Shown here: positions 27,602 to 43,571 of the stretch, in pieces
Numbering within the stretch: the first letter of the stretch is position 1
Layout of the letters: each line of letters begins with the position of its first letter
Source of the DNA: Eledone cirrhosa
Lineage: Eukaryota
Direction of reading: 5' to 3'
Length of the DNA: 64,000 nt
Assembly: GCA_964016885.1 (NCBI GenBank)
Contig: OZ024740.1
Location: forward strand, 428,048,001 to 428,112,000
Position numbers and translations under genes: made by a program
The notes under the pieces: model-generated
What the model was told of the DNA's origin: nothing
The model's database searches: none
The model's input: only the letters and a program-made list of their open reading frames with translations

Positions 27602-28122
27602 CGTTAGATCTATATAATGACAACGTATATACCGTGAGGTATGTTTGCAAAGACCTCAAATCTCTCATCCTTTGTCTAAGCCATTGTTGTTGTTTTTTTG
27701 TAATTATGTTATTAATTTACCGCTGAAGCAGAATTTGCAGCTTAAATTTAAAAGAAAAGGGAGTTGGCATGGCCGTATGTAGTGGTGTGGCCAAAGAAGA
27801 AGAATCTACTGGATAACATAATCATGAATGGCTACATGCCTGCAACATGTAGCCATTCATGCTTGAGAACTTCAACAAAAGAACTGTTGTTACACCTGAC
27901 ATGTGCAGAAATACTTTCATGTTTTAGATGAGAATCCTTCAGCTCATTTGTCCGTTTAGAACTTCCGTTACAGTTTTGGGATTGGAAGGGTTTAAGTATA
28001 TATGTATTGCACATGTGTATTAGTTATTCTCTCACGCTTTTCCATCACCAATAAGAAACTAAGAAAGAAATTGAAAACATGATTATGCTAAGATATTTAG
28101 AGACAACAGAAATTCAGTGTAT

Positions 28123-28349
28123 TTAACCCTTTAGCATTTACATTACTCTGTATATACTATTGGATTTTCATGGTAAAGTCTTTACCTTACATAATATCTC
28201 AATAATATCGAATCTATGAGATTTTGATATTATTTATTTTGAGAACAATAAATTAAAGTCGGTTTGAGGGGCAAGTTACAGCTGATTTGAACAGTAAAAG
28301 GTGAGATAATTCTGGACGGATGTGGCCGGTTTAAATGCTAAAGGGTTAA
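28123..28349. mobile_element. piggyBac-type MITE
   Basis: TTAA-CCCTTTAGCATTTA ... TAAATGCTAAAGGG-TTAA. Confidence 0.85.
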
Positions 28350-30524
28350 ACCCAAAGCACAAGTATATTATTTGTACTTGTTACGTATTTGAACAGTAAT
28401 ACATAATTTCTCGCCAGAGCTGTTTTCTCAGCAGAGCTGTTGTCCCGACAGGGGTATTCTGCTAGACAACGGATCGCAGGTGGCGGATAGAGATACAGCC
28501 ACCAGGTATGATGGCTAATTGCGATATAAGAGGGCAATTGTCGGACAGATAAGTAACCCTCGACCAATAGCGGTAAAATACTAGATGATATGAAGCAGTG
28601 GGTGACACCTGTAACTCACAAGAAAACTCGTACAAGCCAGTAAGGTAGCTGCGACAAGGCGACAAGGTATAATATTGGTGATGCCAATAACACTGAAACT
28701 GAAACTGCAATGTACATATTTTTTAACTCACAAAACTTTCAGATTATTTTTCCACATTGCCGTCCCTAGTCTTCCTACGTTTCTATGTCGGTAAGTTAGC
28801 CACGTGTGTCACCACAGTTCTTCACTTTCCATACTCTACTAATTCTTGTGTCATTTAACGATGTGTAACCTCAATCACTTTCATCTGCATATTAGTCACC
28901 TTGTTGTCAAGCCAACTTATGTAAATGTTGTCACTCGACATTCTTCCTCATTTGTCAGTAAACATGTGACTTCCATTTACAATTTAGAAATATTACACAA
29001 TACATTCTTTACTTTTATGGACAATTAACTTAAGAAAACCCAAGAAAAGGGGTAAATTATTAACACAAATTGAAACTTTACAGTCGCTAAAATGATTAAG
29101 TTTCACATCAGATGTCCACACACGACAACTTAACAAAAGTAACATTAGGAAAACTTCATCAAGATTTTGAACTAAGAGATATTTCATTTGTTTCTTACTC
29201 TCTATGAAGTTAACACGTAGATTCCATTCCTACATACATATAAGGTAGTGTTGGCGTGGCAAGCAATTGAGATCGCATCCAAAATAGGGTTTCGACTGAT
29301 TAACTAAAACTCACGAAAACACTTCAAACTTTGTAATTCTTTTGTACCACTTTCCTGACTCCAACCACTATTGCTCCCAACCAAACATTTATATAACTAA
29401 AATACCATTTTATTGAGTAAAAAAAGGAGTTGTTGGGTTTTTTTCATTGTTTATTTTATTCGTTTATTTATTGGTTATGTTTTGTTGGAATATGAAGAAG
29501 ACATTGCAACTGAGAACTGTTAATCGTAATCAACTAACCGAGAGCAGAATAGATAGATATATATTACAATTCATTTGTGATATACATACACAGGGGAAGA
29601 AAATAGACGCCAAACAGTCTCATTCCAGCACTATCAATCTTTGGCTATGTTAGAAATCGTTAGTGTGCAGTTACCAACGCATCCCTTTCTATATAACTAT
29701 GTATGTATGTATATATGTATGTATGTATGGATGGATGTATGTACGTATGTACGTATATATGTATGTACGTATGTATGTATGTACGTATGTATGTATAAAC
29801 GTATAAACGTATATATGTATGTATGTATGTACGTATATACGTATATATGTATGTATGTACGTGTGTATATATGTATGTATGTGTTTATGTATGTATGAAT
29901 GCATGCATTCAAGTATGTATGTATGTATGTATGTATGTATGTATGTATGTATGTATGTATGTATGTATGTATGTATGTATGTATGTATGGATGGATGGAT
30001 GGATGGATGCATTCAAGTATGTATGTATTTATGCATTCAAATATATATGTATGTATATATACATGTATATATTATTTATGTACGTAGGTATGCATACATT
30101 CATGTATATACATAATTAAGTGTGTATACATGTTTGTAAATGTGTATGCATGTTTGCATACATACAAACACACATACATATATACATAAATGCATCCTTC
30201 CAGCCTAACATACATACACACGTACGTCCATCCATACATACATACAAACATTCATACATACATATATATTCATGTATACATTCATAAATGGTTCCATCCA
30301 CACGCACATAATGAATATATACATACATACATACATACAAACATACATTCACACATAATACGTACATACATACACATACATACATACATATATACGTACA
30401 TATATATATACACACATACATATATACATACATATATATATATATACATATATGCATACATATATCCATACATACACACACACACACACACACATACGTA
30501 CGTACATACATTCATACATACACA

Positions 30525-30774
30525 CATGGTGGCTGCCAACTCGTTTTCGAGTACGGCCACTGCTTTATATCCATGTAGGAGAACCCTTACCGATGCGCTG
30601 AACGAGTGTGACTTTTTTAGTCCAGCCAGCGACTTGAAAACTCTGGTACAAACACTACACTTGTGACAATTGACACATAGTGCTGGGCCCATGGTACCAT
30701 GTGACGACAAGTGCAGAGAGATCTCCAGATATAAAGCAATGCCTGTGCCGTGAAGCTTTTATAGTGAGCAAAGG
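30525..30774 (-). mobile_element. 3' part of the RTE-like non-autonomous element
   Basis: Near-identical to 4931-5182; within (TACA)n. Confidence 0.9.
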
Positions 30775-31062
30775 GACTCCACATACATACATTCATACAT
30801 ACACACATACATACATACATACACACGTTCATACGAGTATATAAACATATAAATGTGTGTAAAGGGAGTGGGCAATGATTTAGCTAAGTGTAATATTAAA
30901 CAGAATTATAGTTTGTCGTTAAATACAATATAGAAAGTAGTATATTTAAAGAGATTTATCATTATAATAATAATGTCAGAGAGGCGAAAGTGTAGCCGAT
31001 GTATAGATCGCATTGAGACATCCTTATATATATATATAACGCTCACTGATTTTGTATATGAT

Positions 31063-31096
<34 letters not shown>

Positions 31097-31129
31097 TGTA
31101 TGTGCATCACCCACTGATTATATATATGT

Positions 31130-31212
<83 letters not shown>

Positions 31213-31395
31213 TGTGTGTATTTGTGTGCGTGCATTTTAAATTTGTGCTTATATAAGCTTTCGTATATATGTACACATATGTATAACATGCAGAGAAACA
31301 TATATATATGTATATATGTATATACATACATATATATATATATATACATACATATATATATATATACATATATATATATGTATATACATACATAT

Positions 31396-31463
<68 letters not shown>

Positions 31464-31464
31464 G

Positions 31465-31591
<127 letters not shown>

Positions 31592-31611
31592 AAATATATA
31601 TATATATATAT

Positions 31612-31722
31612 AACGAAGGAAATGTGGTAAGGAACCAGGTGGACCATAACGCACCAAAGTTTTTAGTCCAGAATTAGCCGTCGAAACGGCTTGAGCTCAG
31701 CCGTCGGGGTCCTACTCGTTCC
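31612..31722. mobile_element. Family X element, two segments in opposite orientation
   Basis: 31612-31660 is the inverted tail; 31661-31722 is the forward hammerhead half. Confidence 0.85.
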
Positions 31723-31815
<93 letters not shown>

Positions 31816-31879
31816 CACGCTCACAACTAATATTCATCAGTATACAAATATTGAAGGCGGAAAAAAGGATAGATTGATA

Positions 31880-32046
31880 GTTGTTTCTATTTTTAGGCAC
31901 AAGGCCAGCAATAGTCCAGTACATTACTGGTACTTTATTTTATCGACCCCGTATGGATGAAAGGCAAAGTTAACCTCGGCGGGATTTGAACCCAGACAAT
32001 AAAGGGCCGTAACAATATGCGTCAAAGCATGGCGTCTGACCCTCTA
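31880..32046 (-). mobile_element. SINE family A (5' end clipped)
   Basis: Consensus match. Confidence 0.9.
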
Positions 32047-32631
32047 AGGTGAGAGGCAGAGAGAGGTGGGGGAGAGTGGGAGAGGAAGAAATAAAGAGAG
32101 ATATAGTAAGATGGTGAGAGTGAGAGAGAGGGGGGTAAAGAGTGACAGGAATATGTTAACATGAGAGAGATATTGGAGAGAGAGAGAGGGGGGGGTTAGA
32201 GTGATAGGAATATGTTAACATGAGAGAGATATTGATAAATATGAAGAGAAGAAATTATCGAACCACTTAGTGGATTAAAAATGTTGTTCCAATTTATGGT
32301 CGTCTTAAGCTAAATCAAATAAATCTATCAGCCACAACTAAAGACAATAGAGAGGGCATAGATTGTTCTAGATCACTCTTATTCTATTACTGCCATTTCA
32401 GTTAATTTCTACACACACACGCACACATATATATATATATACAATACAAACATACACACACACACATACACACCTTCACATACACATAAACATACAAAAC
32501 ACACGCATACACAAACAAATGTCTGCAATCTACAAATCTGTACGAACTTGGATATATGTATCTATATGTAAATGTATATATATATATATATATGTGTAAA
32601 TATATGTATGTATATATTTATATATGTATAT

Positions 32632-32714
<83 letters not shown>

Positions 32715-32887
32715 TACATATGTATATACACACATATATATATATATGTGTGTTAGTAAATATATGCATATATGTATGTATATATATATATATATATTGT
32801 ATATACATATATATATATATGTAACTATGTATACGTACATACATATATGAATACAGACGTACAGTAGTATGTATATATATAGTAGTA

Positions 32888-32969
<82 letters not shown>

Positions 32970-33303
32970 ACATATGCATGTATATATACATATTACATAT
33001 ACATATTTATATATATAAGCGTAATATATGAATATATGCAAATATATATATTTATGCGTGTCTGTGTGAGAGTGTTTATGTACTTCCACATAATTGTGTG
33101 CGTGGGCGTGTGTGTGTGTGTCTGCTTGTATGTGTGTATGTGTCTGTATATATGTGTGTGTGTGTGTATGAGTATGTGTGTGTGTGTATGTAATCTCTGA
33201 TAACAATCACAGTAATTACTAAGGTATATATTCCATCATTCAGATATCTTTGGAAAATTATGTATAATGATAGAATCACAAAAACAATGAGATGTACTTA
33301 AAT

Positions 33304-33712
33304 ACACAGATATATACACTGCAGGAGTGTGTGGTGTATATATATATATACACTGCAGGAGTGTGTGGTGTATATATATATATACACTGCAGGAGTGTGT
33401 GGTGTATATATATATACACAGATATATACACTGTAGAGTGTGTGGTGTATATATATATATATACAGATATATACACTGTAGAAGTGTGTGGTGTATATAT
33501 ATACACACATATATACACTGTAGGAGTGTGTGGTGTATATATATATATACACAGATATATACACTGTAGGAGTGTGTGGTGTATATATATATACACAGAT
33601 ATATACATTGTAGGAGTGTGTGGTGTATATAAATATACACAGATATATACACTGTAGGAGTGTGTGGTGTATATATATATATATACAGATATATACACTG
33701 TAGGAGTGTGTG

Positions 33713-33745
<33 letters not shown>

Positions 33746-34083
33746 TATATACACTGCAGGAGTGTGTGATGTATATATATATATACACAGATATATACAC
33801 TGTAGAGTGTGTGGTGTATATATATATATACACAGATATATTACACTGTAGGAGTGTGTGGTGTATATATATATATACACAGATATATACACTGTAGGAG
33901 TGTGTGGTGTATATATATATATACACAGATATATACACTGTAGGAGTGTGTGGTGTATATATATATACACAGATATATACACTGTAGAGTGTGTGGTGTA
34001 TATATATATATACACAGATATATACACTGTAGGAGTGTGTGGTGTATATATATATATACAGATATATATACTGTAGGAGTGTG

Positions 34084-34120
<37 letters not shown>

Positions 34121-35261
34121 TATATACACTGCAGGAGTGTGTGATGTATATATATATATACACAGATATATACACTGTAGAGTGTGTGGTGTATATATAT
34201 ATATACACAGATATATTACACTGTAGGAGTGTGTGGTGTATATATATACAGATATATACAGTGTAGGAGTGTGTGGTGTATATATATACAGATATATACA
34301 CTGTAGGAGTGTGTGGTGTATACATATTTATACACAGATATATACACTGTAGGAGTGTGTGGTGTATATATATACACAGATATATACACTGTAGGAGTGT
34401 GTGGTGTATATATACACAGATATATACACTGTAGGAGTGTGTGGTGTATATATATACAGATATATACACTGTAGGAGTGTGTGGTGTATATATAGACAGA
34501 TATATACACTGTGGGAGTGTGTTGTGTATATATATACACATATGTATACACAGTAGGAGTGTGTGATGTATATATATATACAGATATATACACTGTAGGA
34601 GTGTGTGATGTATATATATATATATACAGATATATACACTGTAGGAGTGTGTGGTGTATATATATACAGATATATACAGTGTAGGAGTGTGTGATGTATA
34701 TATACACAGATATATACACTGTAGGATTGTGTAGTGTATATATACACAGATATATACACTGTAGGAATGTGTGGTGTATATATACACAGATATATACACT
34801 GTAGTAATGTGTGGTGTATATATATATATACACATATATATACACTGTAGGAGTGTGTGGTGTATATATATATACAGATATATACACTGTGGGAGTGTTT
34901 GGTGTATATATATATATATACAGATATATACACTGTAGGAGTGTGTGGTGTATATATATATACACAGATATATACACTGTAGGAATGTGTGGTGTATATA
35001 TATATATACACATATATATACACTGTAGGAGTGTGTGGTGTATATATATATACAGATATATACACTGTGGGAGTGTTTGGTGTATATATATATATGCACA
35101 GATATATACAGTGTAGGAGTGTGTGGTGTATATATATATATATAGATATATACACTGTAGGATTGTGTGGTGTATATATATATATACACAGATATATACA
35201 CTGAGGGAGTGTGTGGTGTATATATATATATACACAGTTATATACACTGTAGGAGTGTGTG

Positions 35262-35296
<35 letters not shown>

Positions 35297-38200
35297 TATA
35301 TACACTGTAGGAGTGTGTGGTGTATATATATATATACAGATATATACACTGTCGGAGTGTGTGGTGTATATATATATATACACAGATATATACACTGTAG
35401 GAGTGTGTGGTGTATATATATATACACAGTTATATACTCTGTGCAAGTGTGTTATGTATGTATATATACACAGATATATACACTGTAGGAGTGTGTTGTG
35501 TATATATATATACACAGATATATACACTGTAGGAGTGTGTGGTGTATATATATACACACAGATATATACACTGTAGGAGTGTGTGGTGTATATATATATA
35601 TACAGATATATACACTGTCGGAGCGTGTGGTGTATATATATATATACACAGATATATACACTATAGGAGTGTGTTATGTATGTATATACACATATATACA
35701 CTGTAGGAGTGTGTGGTGTATATATATATATACACAGATATATACACTGTAGGAGTGTGTGGTGTATATATATATACACAGATATATACACTGTAGGAGT
35801 GTGTTATGTATGTATATATACACAGATATATACACTGTAGGAGTGTGTGGTGTATATATATATACACAGATATATACACTGTGGGAGTGTGTTGTGTATA
35901 TATATATACACAGATATATACACTGTGGGAGTGTGTTGTGTATATATATACACTGTAGGAGTGTGTGGTGTATATATATACACTGTAGGAGTGTGTGGTG
36001 TATATATATACACAGATATATACACTGTAGGAGTGTGTGGTGTATATATATATACACAGATATATACACTGTGGGAGTGTGTTGTGTATATATATACACT
36101 GTGGGAGTGTGTTGTGTATATATATACACTGTAGGAGTGTGTGGTGTATATATATACACTGTGCGAGTGTGTGGTGTATATATATACAGATCAGATATAT
36201 ACACTGCAGGAGTGTGTGGTGTATATATATATACACAGATATATACACTGCAGGAGTGTGTGGTGTATATATATATACACACAGATATATACACTGTAGG
36301 AGTGTGTGGTGTATATATATATACACAGATATATACACTGTAGGAGTGTGTGGTGTATATATATACACACAGATATATACACTGTAGGAGTGTGTGGTGT
36401 ATATATATATATACAGATATATACACTGTCGGAGCGTGTGGTGTATATATATACACACAGATATATACACTGTAGGAGTGTGTGGTGTATATATATATAT
36501 ACAGATATATACACTGTCGGAGCGTGTGGTGTATATATATATATACACAGATATATACACTATAGGAGTGTGTTATGTATGTATATACACATATATACAC
36601 TGTAGGAGTGTGTGGTGTATATATATATATACACAGATATATACACTGTAGGAGTGTGTGGTGTATATATATATACACAGATATATACACTGTAGGAGTG
36701 TGTTATGTATGTATATATACACAGATATATACACTGTAGGAGTGTGTGGTGTATATATATATACACAGATATATACACTGTGGGAGTGTGTTGTGTATAT
36801 ATATATACACAGATATATACACTGTGGGAGTGTGTTGTGTATATATATACACTGTAGGAGTGTGTGGTGTATATATATACACTGTAGGAGTGTGTGGTGT
36901 ATATATATACACAGATATATACACTGTAGGAGTGTGTGGTGTATATATATATACACAGATATATACACTGTGGGAGTGTGTTGTGTATATATATACACTG
37001 TGGGAGTGTGTTGTGTATATATATACACTGTAGGAGTGTGTGGTGTATATATATACACTGTGCGAGTGTGTGGTGTATATATATACAGATCAGATATATA
37101 CACTGCAGGAGTGTGTGGTGTATATATATATACACAGATATATACACTGCAGGAGTGTGTGGTGTATATATATATATACACAGATATATACACTGTAGGA
37201 GTGTGTGGTGTATATATATATACACAGATATATACACTGTGGGAGTGTGTTGTGTATATATATATATACAGATATATATACTGTAGGAGTGTGTGATGTA
37301 TATATATACACAGATATATACACTGTAGGAGTGTGTGGTGTATATATACACAGATATATACACTGTGGGAGTGTGTTGTGTATATATATACACATATATA
37401 TACACAGTAGGAGTGTGTGGTGTATATATATACACAGATATATACACTGTAGGAGTGTGTGGTGTATATATATATATATACAGATATATACACTGTAGGA
37501 GTGTGTGATGTATATATATACACAGATATATACATTGTAGGAGTGTGTGGTGTATATATACACAGATATATACACTGTAGGAGTGTGTGGTGTATATACA
37601 TATACACAGATATATACACTGTAGGAGTGTGTGGTGTATATATATATACACAGATATATACACTGTGGGAGTGTGTGGTGTATATATATATATACAGTTA
37701 TATACACTGTAGGAGTGTGTGGTGTATATATATACACAGATATATACACTGTAGGAGTGTGTGGTGTATATATATATATACACAGATATATACACTGTAG
37801 GAGTGTGTTATGTATATATATACATATATACTCTGAAGTAGTGTGTGGTGTATATATATATATATACAGATATATACACTGTAGGAGTGTGTGGTGTATA
37901 TATATATACACACAGATATACACTGCAGGAGTGTGTGGTGTATATATATATACACATATATATACACAGTAGGAGTGTGTGGTGTATATATATACACAGA
38001 TATATACACTGTAGGAGTGTGTGGTGTATATATATACACAGATATATACACTGTAGGAATGTGTGGTGTATATATATATACACAAATATATACACTGTAG
38101 GAGTGTGTGGTGTATATATATACACAGATATATACACTGTAGGAGTGTGTGGTGTATATATATATATACACAGATATATACACTGTAGGAGTGTGTTATG

Positions 38201-41030
38201 TATATATATACATATATACTCTGAAGTAGTGTGTGGTGTATATATATATATACAGATATATACACTGTAGGAGTGTGTGGTGTATAAATATATACACAGA
38301 TATATACACTGTGGGTGTGTGTGGTGTATATATATACACATATATATATACACTGTGGGAGTGTGTGGTGTATGTATATACACAGATATATACACTGTAG
38401 GAGTGTATGGTGTATATATACACAAATATATACACTGTAGGAGTGTGTGGTGTATATATATATACATAGATATATAGACTGTAGGAGTGTGTGGTGTATA
38501 TATATATACACAGATATATACACTGTAGGAATGTGTGGTGTATATATATATACACAGATATATACACTGTGGGAGTGTGTGGTTTATATATATATACACA
38601 GATATATACACTGTGGGAGTGTGTGGTGTATATATATTTACACAGATATATACACTGTAGGAGTGTGTTATGTATGTATATACACAGATATATACATGGT
38701 AGGAATGTGTGGTGTATATATATACATATATACGCTGTAGGAGTGTGTGGTGTATATATATATATATATACAGATATATACACTGTAGGAGTGTGTGATG
38801 TATATATATATACACATATATATACACTGTAGGAGTGTGTGGTGTATATATATACACACAGATATATACACTGTAGGAATGTGTGGTGTATATATATATA
38901 CAGATATATATACTGTAGGAGTATGTGGTGTATATATATACAGATATATACACTGTAGGATTGTGTGGTGTATATATATATATACACAGATATATACACT
39001 GTAGGAGTGTGTGGTGTATAGATATACAGATATATACAGTGTAGGAGTGTGTGGTGTATATATATATATATACAGATATATACTCTGTTGGAGTGTGTGG
39101 TGTATATATGTACACTCATATATATATACACTGTGGGAATGTGTGGTGTATATATATACATAGATATATACACTGTAGGAGTGTGTGGTGTATATATATA
39201 CACAGATATATACACTGTAGGAGTGTGTGGTGTATATATATATATATATACAGATATATACACTGTAGAAGTGTGTGGTGTATATATATATACAGATATA
39301 TACAGTGTAGGAGTGTGTGGTGCATATATATATACACAGATATATACACTGTGGGAGTGTGTGGTTTATATATATACACAGATATATACACTGTAGGAGT
39401 TTGTGATGTATATATATATATACAGATATATACACTGTGGGAGTGTGTGGTTTATATATATACACAGATATATACACTGTAGGAGGGTTTGGTGTATATA
39501 TACACACAGATATATACACTGTAGGAGTGTGTGGTGTATATATATATACACAGATATATACACTGTAGGAGTTTGTGATGTATATATATTTATACACAGA
39601 TATATACACTGTAGGAGTGTGTGGTGTATATATATATATACAGATATATACACTGTGGGAGTGTGTGGTTTATATATATACACAGATATATACACTGTAG
39701 GAGGGTTTGGTGTATATATAAATACACAGATATATACACTGTAGGAGTGTGTGGTGTATATATATACACACACATATACACTGTAGGAGAGTGTGATGTA
39801 TGTATATATACAGATATGTATACTGTAGGAGTGTGTGGTGTATATATATATATATACACAGATATATATACACTGTAGGAGTGTGAGATTTATATATATA
39901 CACACATATATACACTGTAGGAGTGTGTGGTGTATATATATACACATATATATACACTGTAGGAGTGTGTGGTGTATATATATACACACATATATACACT
40001 GTAGGTGTGTGTGCTGTATATATACACAGATATATACACTGTGGGTGTATATATATTCACACAGATATATACACTGTAGGAGTGTGTGGTGTATATACAT
40101 ATATATACAGATATATACACTCTAGGATTATGTGGTGTATATATATATACAGATATATACACTGTAGGAGTGTGTGGTGTATATATATACAGATATATAC
40201 ACTGTAGGAGTGTGTGGTGTATATATATACAGATATATACACTGTAGGAGTGTGTGGTGTATATATACACATATATATACATGGTAGGAATGTGTGATGT
40301 ATATATATATACATATATACACTGTAGGAGTGTGTGGTGTATATATATATATACACACAGATATATACACTGTAGGAGTGTGTGGTGTATATATATATAT
40401 ACACATACATATATACACTGTAGGAGTGTGTGGTGTATATATTTATATATACACAGATATATACACTGTAGGAGTGTGTGGTGTATATATATATATACAC
40501 AGATATATACACTGAAGGTGTGTGTGATGTATATATATATACACATATATATACACTGTAGCAGTGTGTGGTGTATGTTTATATACACACATATATACAC
40601 TGTAGGAGTGTATGGTGTATGTATATACACACATATATACACTGTAGGAGTGTGTGATGTATGTATATCCACAGATATATACACTGTAGGAGTGTGTGGT
40701 GTATATATATATATATATATATAGACTGTAGGAGTGTGTTATGTATGTATATATACACACATATATAGACTGGAGGAGTGTGTTATGTATGTATATATAC
40801 ACACATATATACACTGTAGGAGTGTTTTATGTATGTATATACACATATATATACACTGTAGGAGTGTTTTATGTATGTATATACACATATATATACACTG
40901 TAGGAGTGTTTTATGTATGTATATACACATATATATACACTGTAGGAGTGTGTTATGTATGTATATATACACACATATATACTCTGTAGGAGTGTGTTAT
41001 GTATGTATATACACAGATATATACACTGTA
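33304..41030. repeat. 7.7-kb minisatellite, core CAGATATATACACTGTAGGAGTGTGTGGTG plus variable (TA)n
   Basis: Tandem ~35-50-bp units; explains all ORFs in the interval. Confidence 0.97.
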
Positions 41031-41401
41031 TATATAAACTACCCACAATTTCTAATCTCTCGAGGAGTTACCTCCCCTGAAACCACCCTCTAATTAGTAA
41101 AGTAAATATCTCCATTGGCGGCCATCGGCAGATCTCACATAATGCAGCCTCGACAGAAGAATACTGCTCCACTATGGCAGACAATTGATATTCCCAGGAC
41201 ACCATAGTGAAATACCAACATATGGAACATTACATTTATGTAACATTCTTTCCTTATTTTGATTTATATTCCTTTTGAAGTTCCGATGAGTTGCTCTATT
41301 TCTACCTATGTTAATTATTTTCAACTGAACCAGATCAATAATGATATATAATCATTTGATCCAGAAATATTATATGGAGTAGCGAAACAATAGTAAACGG
41401 A

Positions 41402-41436
<35 letters not shown>

Positions 41437-41529
41437 TCTACATTGCTTACATCAAACTAAAATATGTTGACAATCTTTTAATAATGTCTTCCTTTATGAA
41501 ATCTGTGTCTTGTTTTGCTTAACTAATGA

Positions 41530-41577
<48 letters not shown>

Positions 41578-41971
41578 AAGTTAAATAAATAGCAAACACA
41601 AACACTCCAGGGAGCCTCACCCCAGAAAGAATTCTATAGACTTCTGACTGAGGAATGCTCTCAAAACTAACCAATGGGAAGTTTGACACTTTTTTTTGTT
41701 ATTTTGTTCCTTTACCACCTTGTTCCTTCTACCACTTTATCAATTGTTTAAGCTAACTCTAACAATAACAACACTTAGAATGAGGAATGTTCTAACAACT
41801 GACCAAGGAGAGGAGAAGAGGCCCTTTGACACTGAAATTCGTTTGTTTGAATTCATATGATTCCAGTTCTTCAGAGAAATAAGAACCCAATCAGGAACTG
41901 GCTATATATGAGTATTGACAAAATTATACACCTCAACAACATATGTACTTGTCTATGCCACACTAATTCGG

Positions 41972-42026
41972 ACTGCCTGAAGAGGTCACAGCCAAAGATG
42001 GCTGTCACTGAAATATATATAGCAGT
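41972..42026 (+). ncRNA. Type-I hammerhead motif
   Basis: ACTGC-CTGAAGA-GGTCACAGCCA-AAGA-TGGCTGTCACT-GAAA-TATATA-TA|GCAGT; in an element at ~41571-42163 with CCAAT motifs upstream. Confidence 0.85.
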
Positions 42027-42159
42027 AATAAACGAAGCTAAATTTTAAACATTTGACTTTTTATTTAACATTACTCTGGAGTAACCAAACCAACCTGTGC
42101 ACTTTGTCGAGTGCTCCAGCCTGCATACTGAGGTGTTGGTATACAACCAACATATACTC

Positions 42160-42260
<101 letters not shown>

Positions 42261-42400
42261 TTAAAGGTTAAACAAGGTTCAATGAATAAATCAAAGAATT
42301 AGTTTTACAATAGATTGGAAGCACTCAACAGCTTGGTTTTCGGGCGTTATTAATATTAATTCAAAATATTAACAAAAATAGAACTTCTTGTGATCAAGTA

Positions 42401-42467
42401 TATTTTATTATACATATTTCAGAGGTACTGAGTTAACTTCAACAGTACGTCCTCATCAGATAAAATA
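42401..42467 (-). ncRNA. Type-I hammerhead motif
   Basis: TATTTTAT-CTGATGA-GGACGTACTG..CAGTACCTCT-GAAA-TATGTA-TA|ATAAAATA; perfect 8-bp stem I. Confidence 0.82.
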
Positions 42468-42647
42468 AGATGATGCATGACATACCCTGACATAGTAGAT
42501 GGTTAAGATTCAGTCATGGTAGTGAGTAATATATGACAAAACTCAATATTTATATACCTTATATATATATATATTAATTATTTATTAAAATGACAGATTA
42601 AAGTTTAAGCAAAGAATCGCTGCTTTCACCCTTAACGGGATCTATGG

Positions 42648-42803
42648 AAAAGGTAAACAGAAATAACAACACGATCGGTACACTATATGGATTTGATATA
42701 TTAGGTTAATGCTTGATATAGCAGGAAGAGGGTATTCACGTCTCGGACGCTAGTCCTTCATTAGAAGAAAAAATGAGAAATAAGATGGATTGAAGGGACG
42801 GGC
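42648..42803 (-). mobile_element. Solitary pseudo-LTR of PLE 2 with decayed hammerhead
   Basis: Homologous to 46066-46203; CTAATGA-A-GGAC-TAGC-GTCC-GAGA. Confidence 0.75.
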
Positions 42804-42907
42804 GAGTTGGAATTGGAGAAAATGTCTTTAGATAAAAATAACAGGTCCATTCATGTTGACATCTCTTTTATATATATTTATATATATATATTTATATATA
42901 TATATGT

Positions 42908-43007
<100 letters not shown>

Positions 43008-43539
43008 TGTGTGTGATGTGTGTGTATGTGTATACACACACATATATATATATATGAACCCGTAGCACCTAGTTTTGCCGTAGTAAAATACGGTGTTATG
43101 TGGGTGTTTTGAACCTGGCGGAGCCCATCCCTGTCAGGAAAACCAAAACGATTTCTTCCAGAGATGGAAAGAGAGATATAATGGAGGAATCGACCTCAGT
43201 ATTAGACTGGTACTGCAAATGTCACCCTTAGCGAGATTTGAACTCCGAGCACAGAGAGTCGAAGCCTCTGTCGCAAAACATTCAATCCAGTATTCCAGTA
43301 ACTTTGTCTATTCTCCGTCCATATGCAAGTACAACTGCATGTATTTTGGTTGATATCCGCTTCCATGTATTGCCATTCATATCACAGATTTCAGAGTTAT
43401 GCACATGCTGTCAAAGACGTCTAACTTTTAGCCTGCCGTAGCATTTATGTGATTTCTGCAACGCTGTTACTACGCAGTATTCTTCTTTCTTCTCATGTTA
43501 TATATATATATATATGTGTGGTGTGTGTGTGTGTGTGTA

Positions 43540-43571
<32 letters not shown>

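Noticed and set aside
33236-41093. Many long Y/I/H/T-rich ORFs (up to 641 aa)
   Set aside because: Minisatellite artefacts
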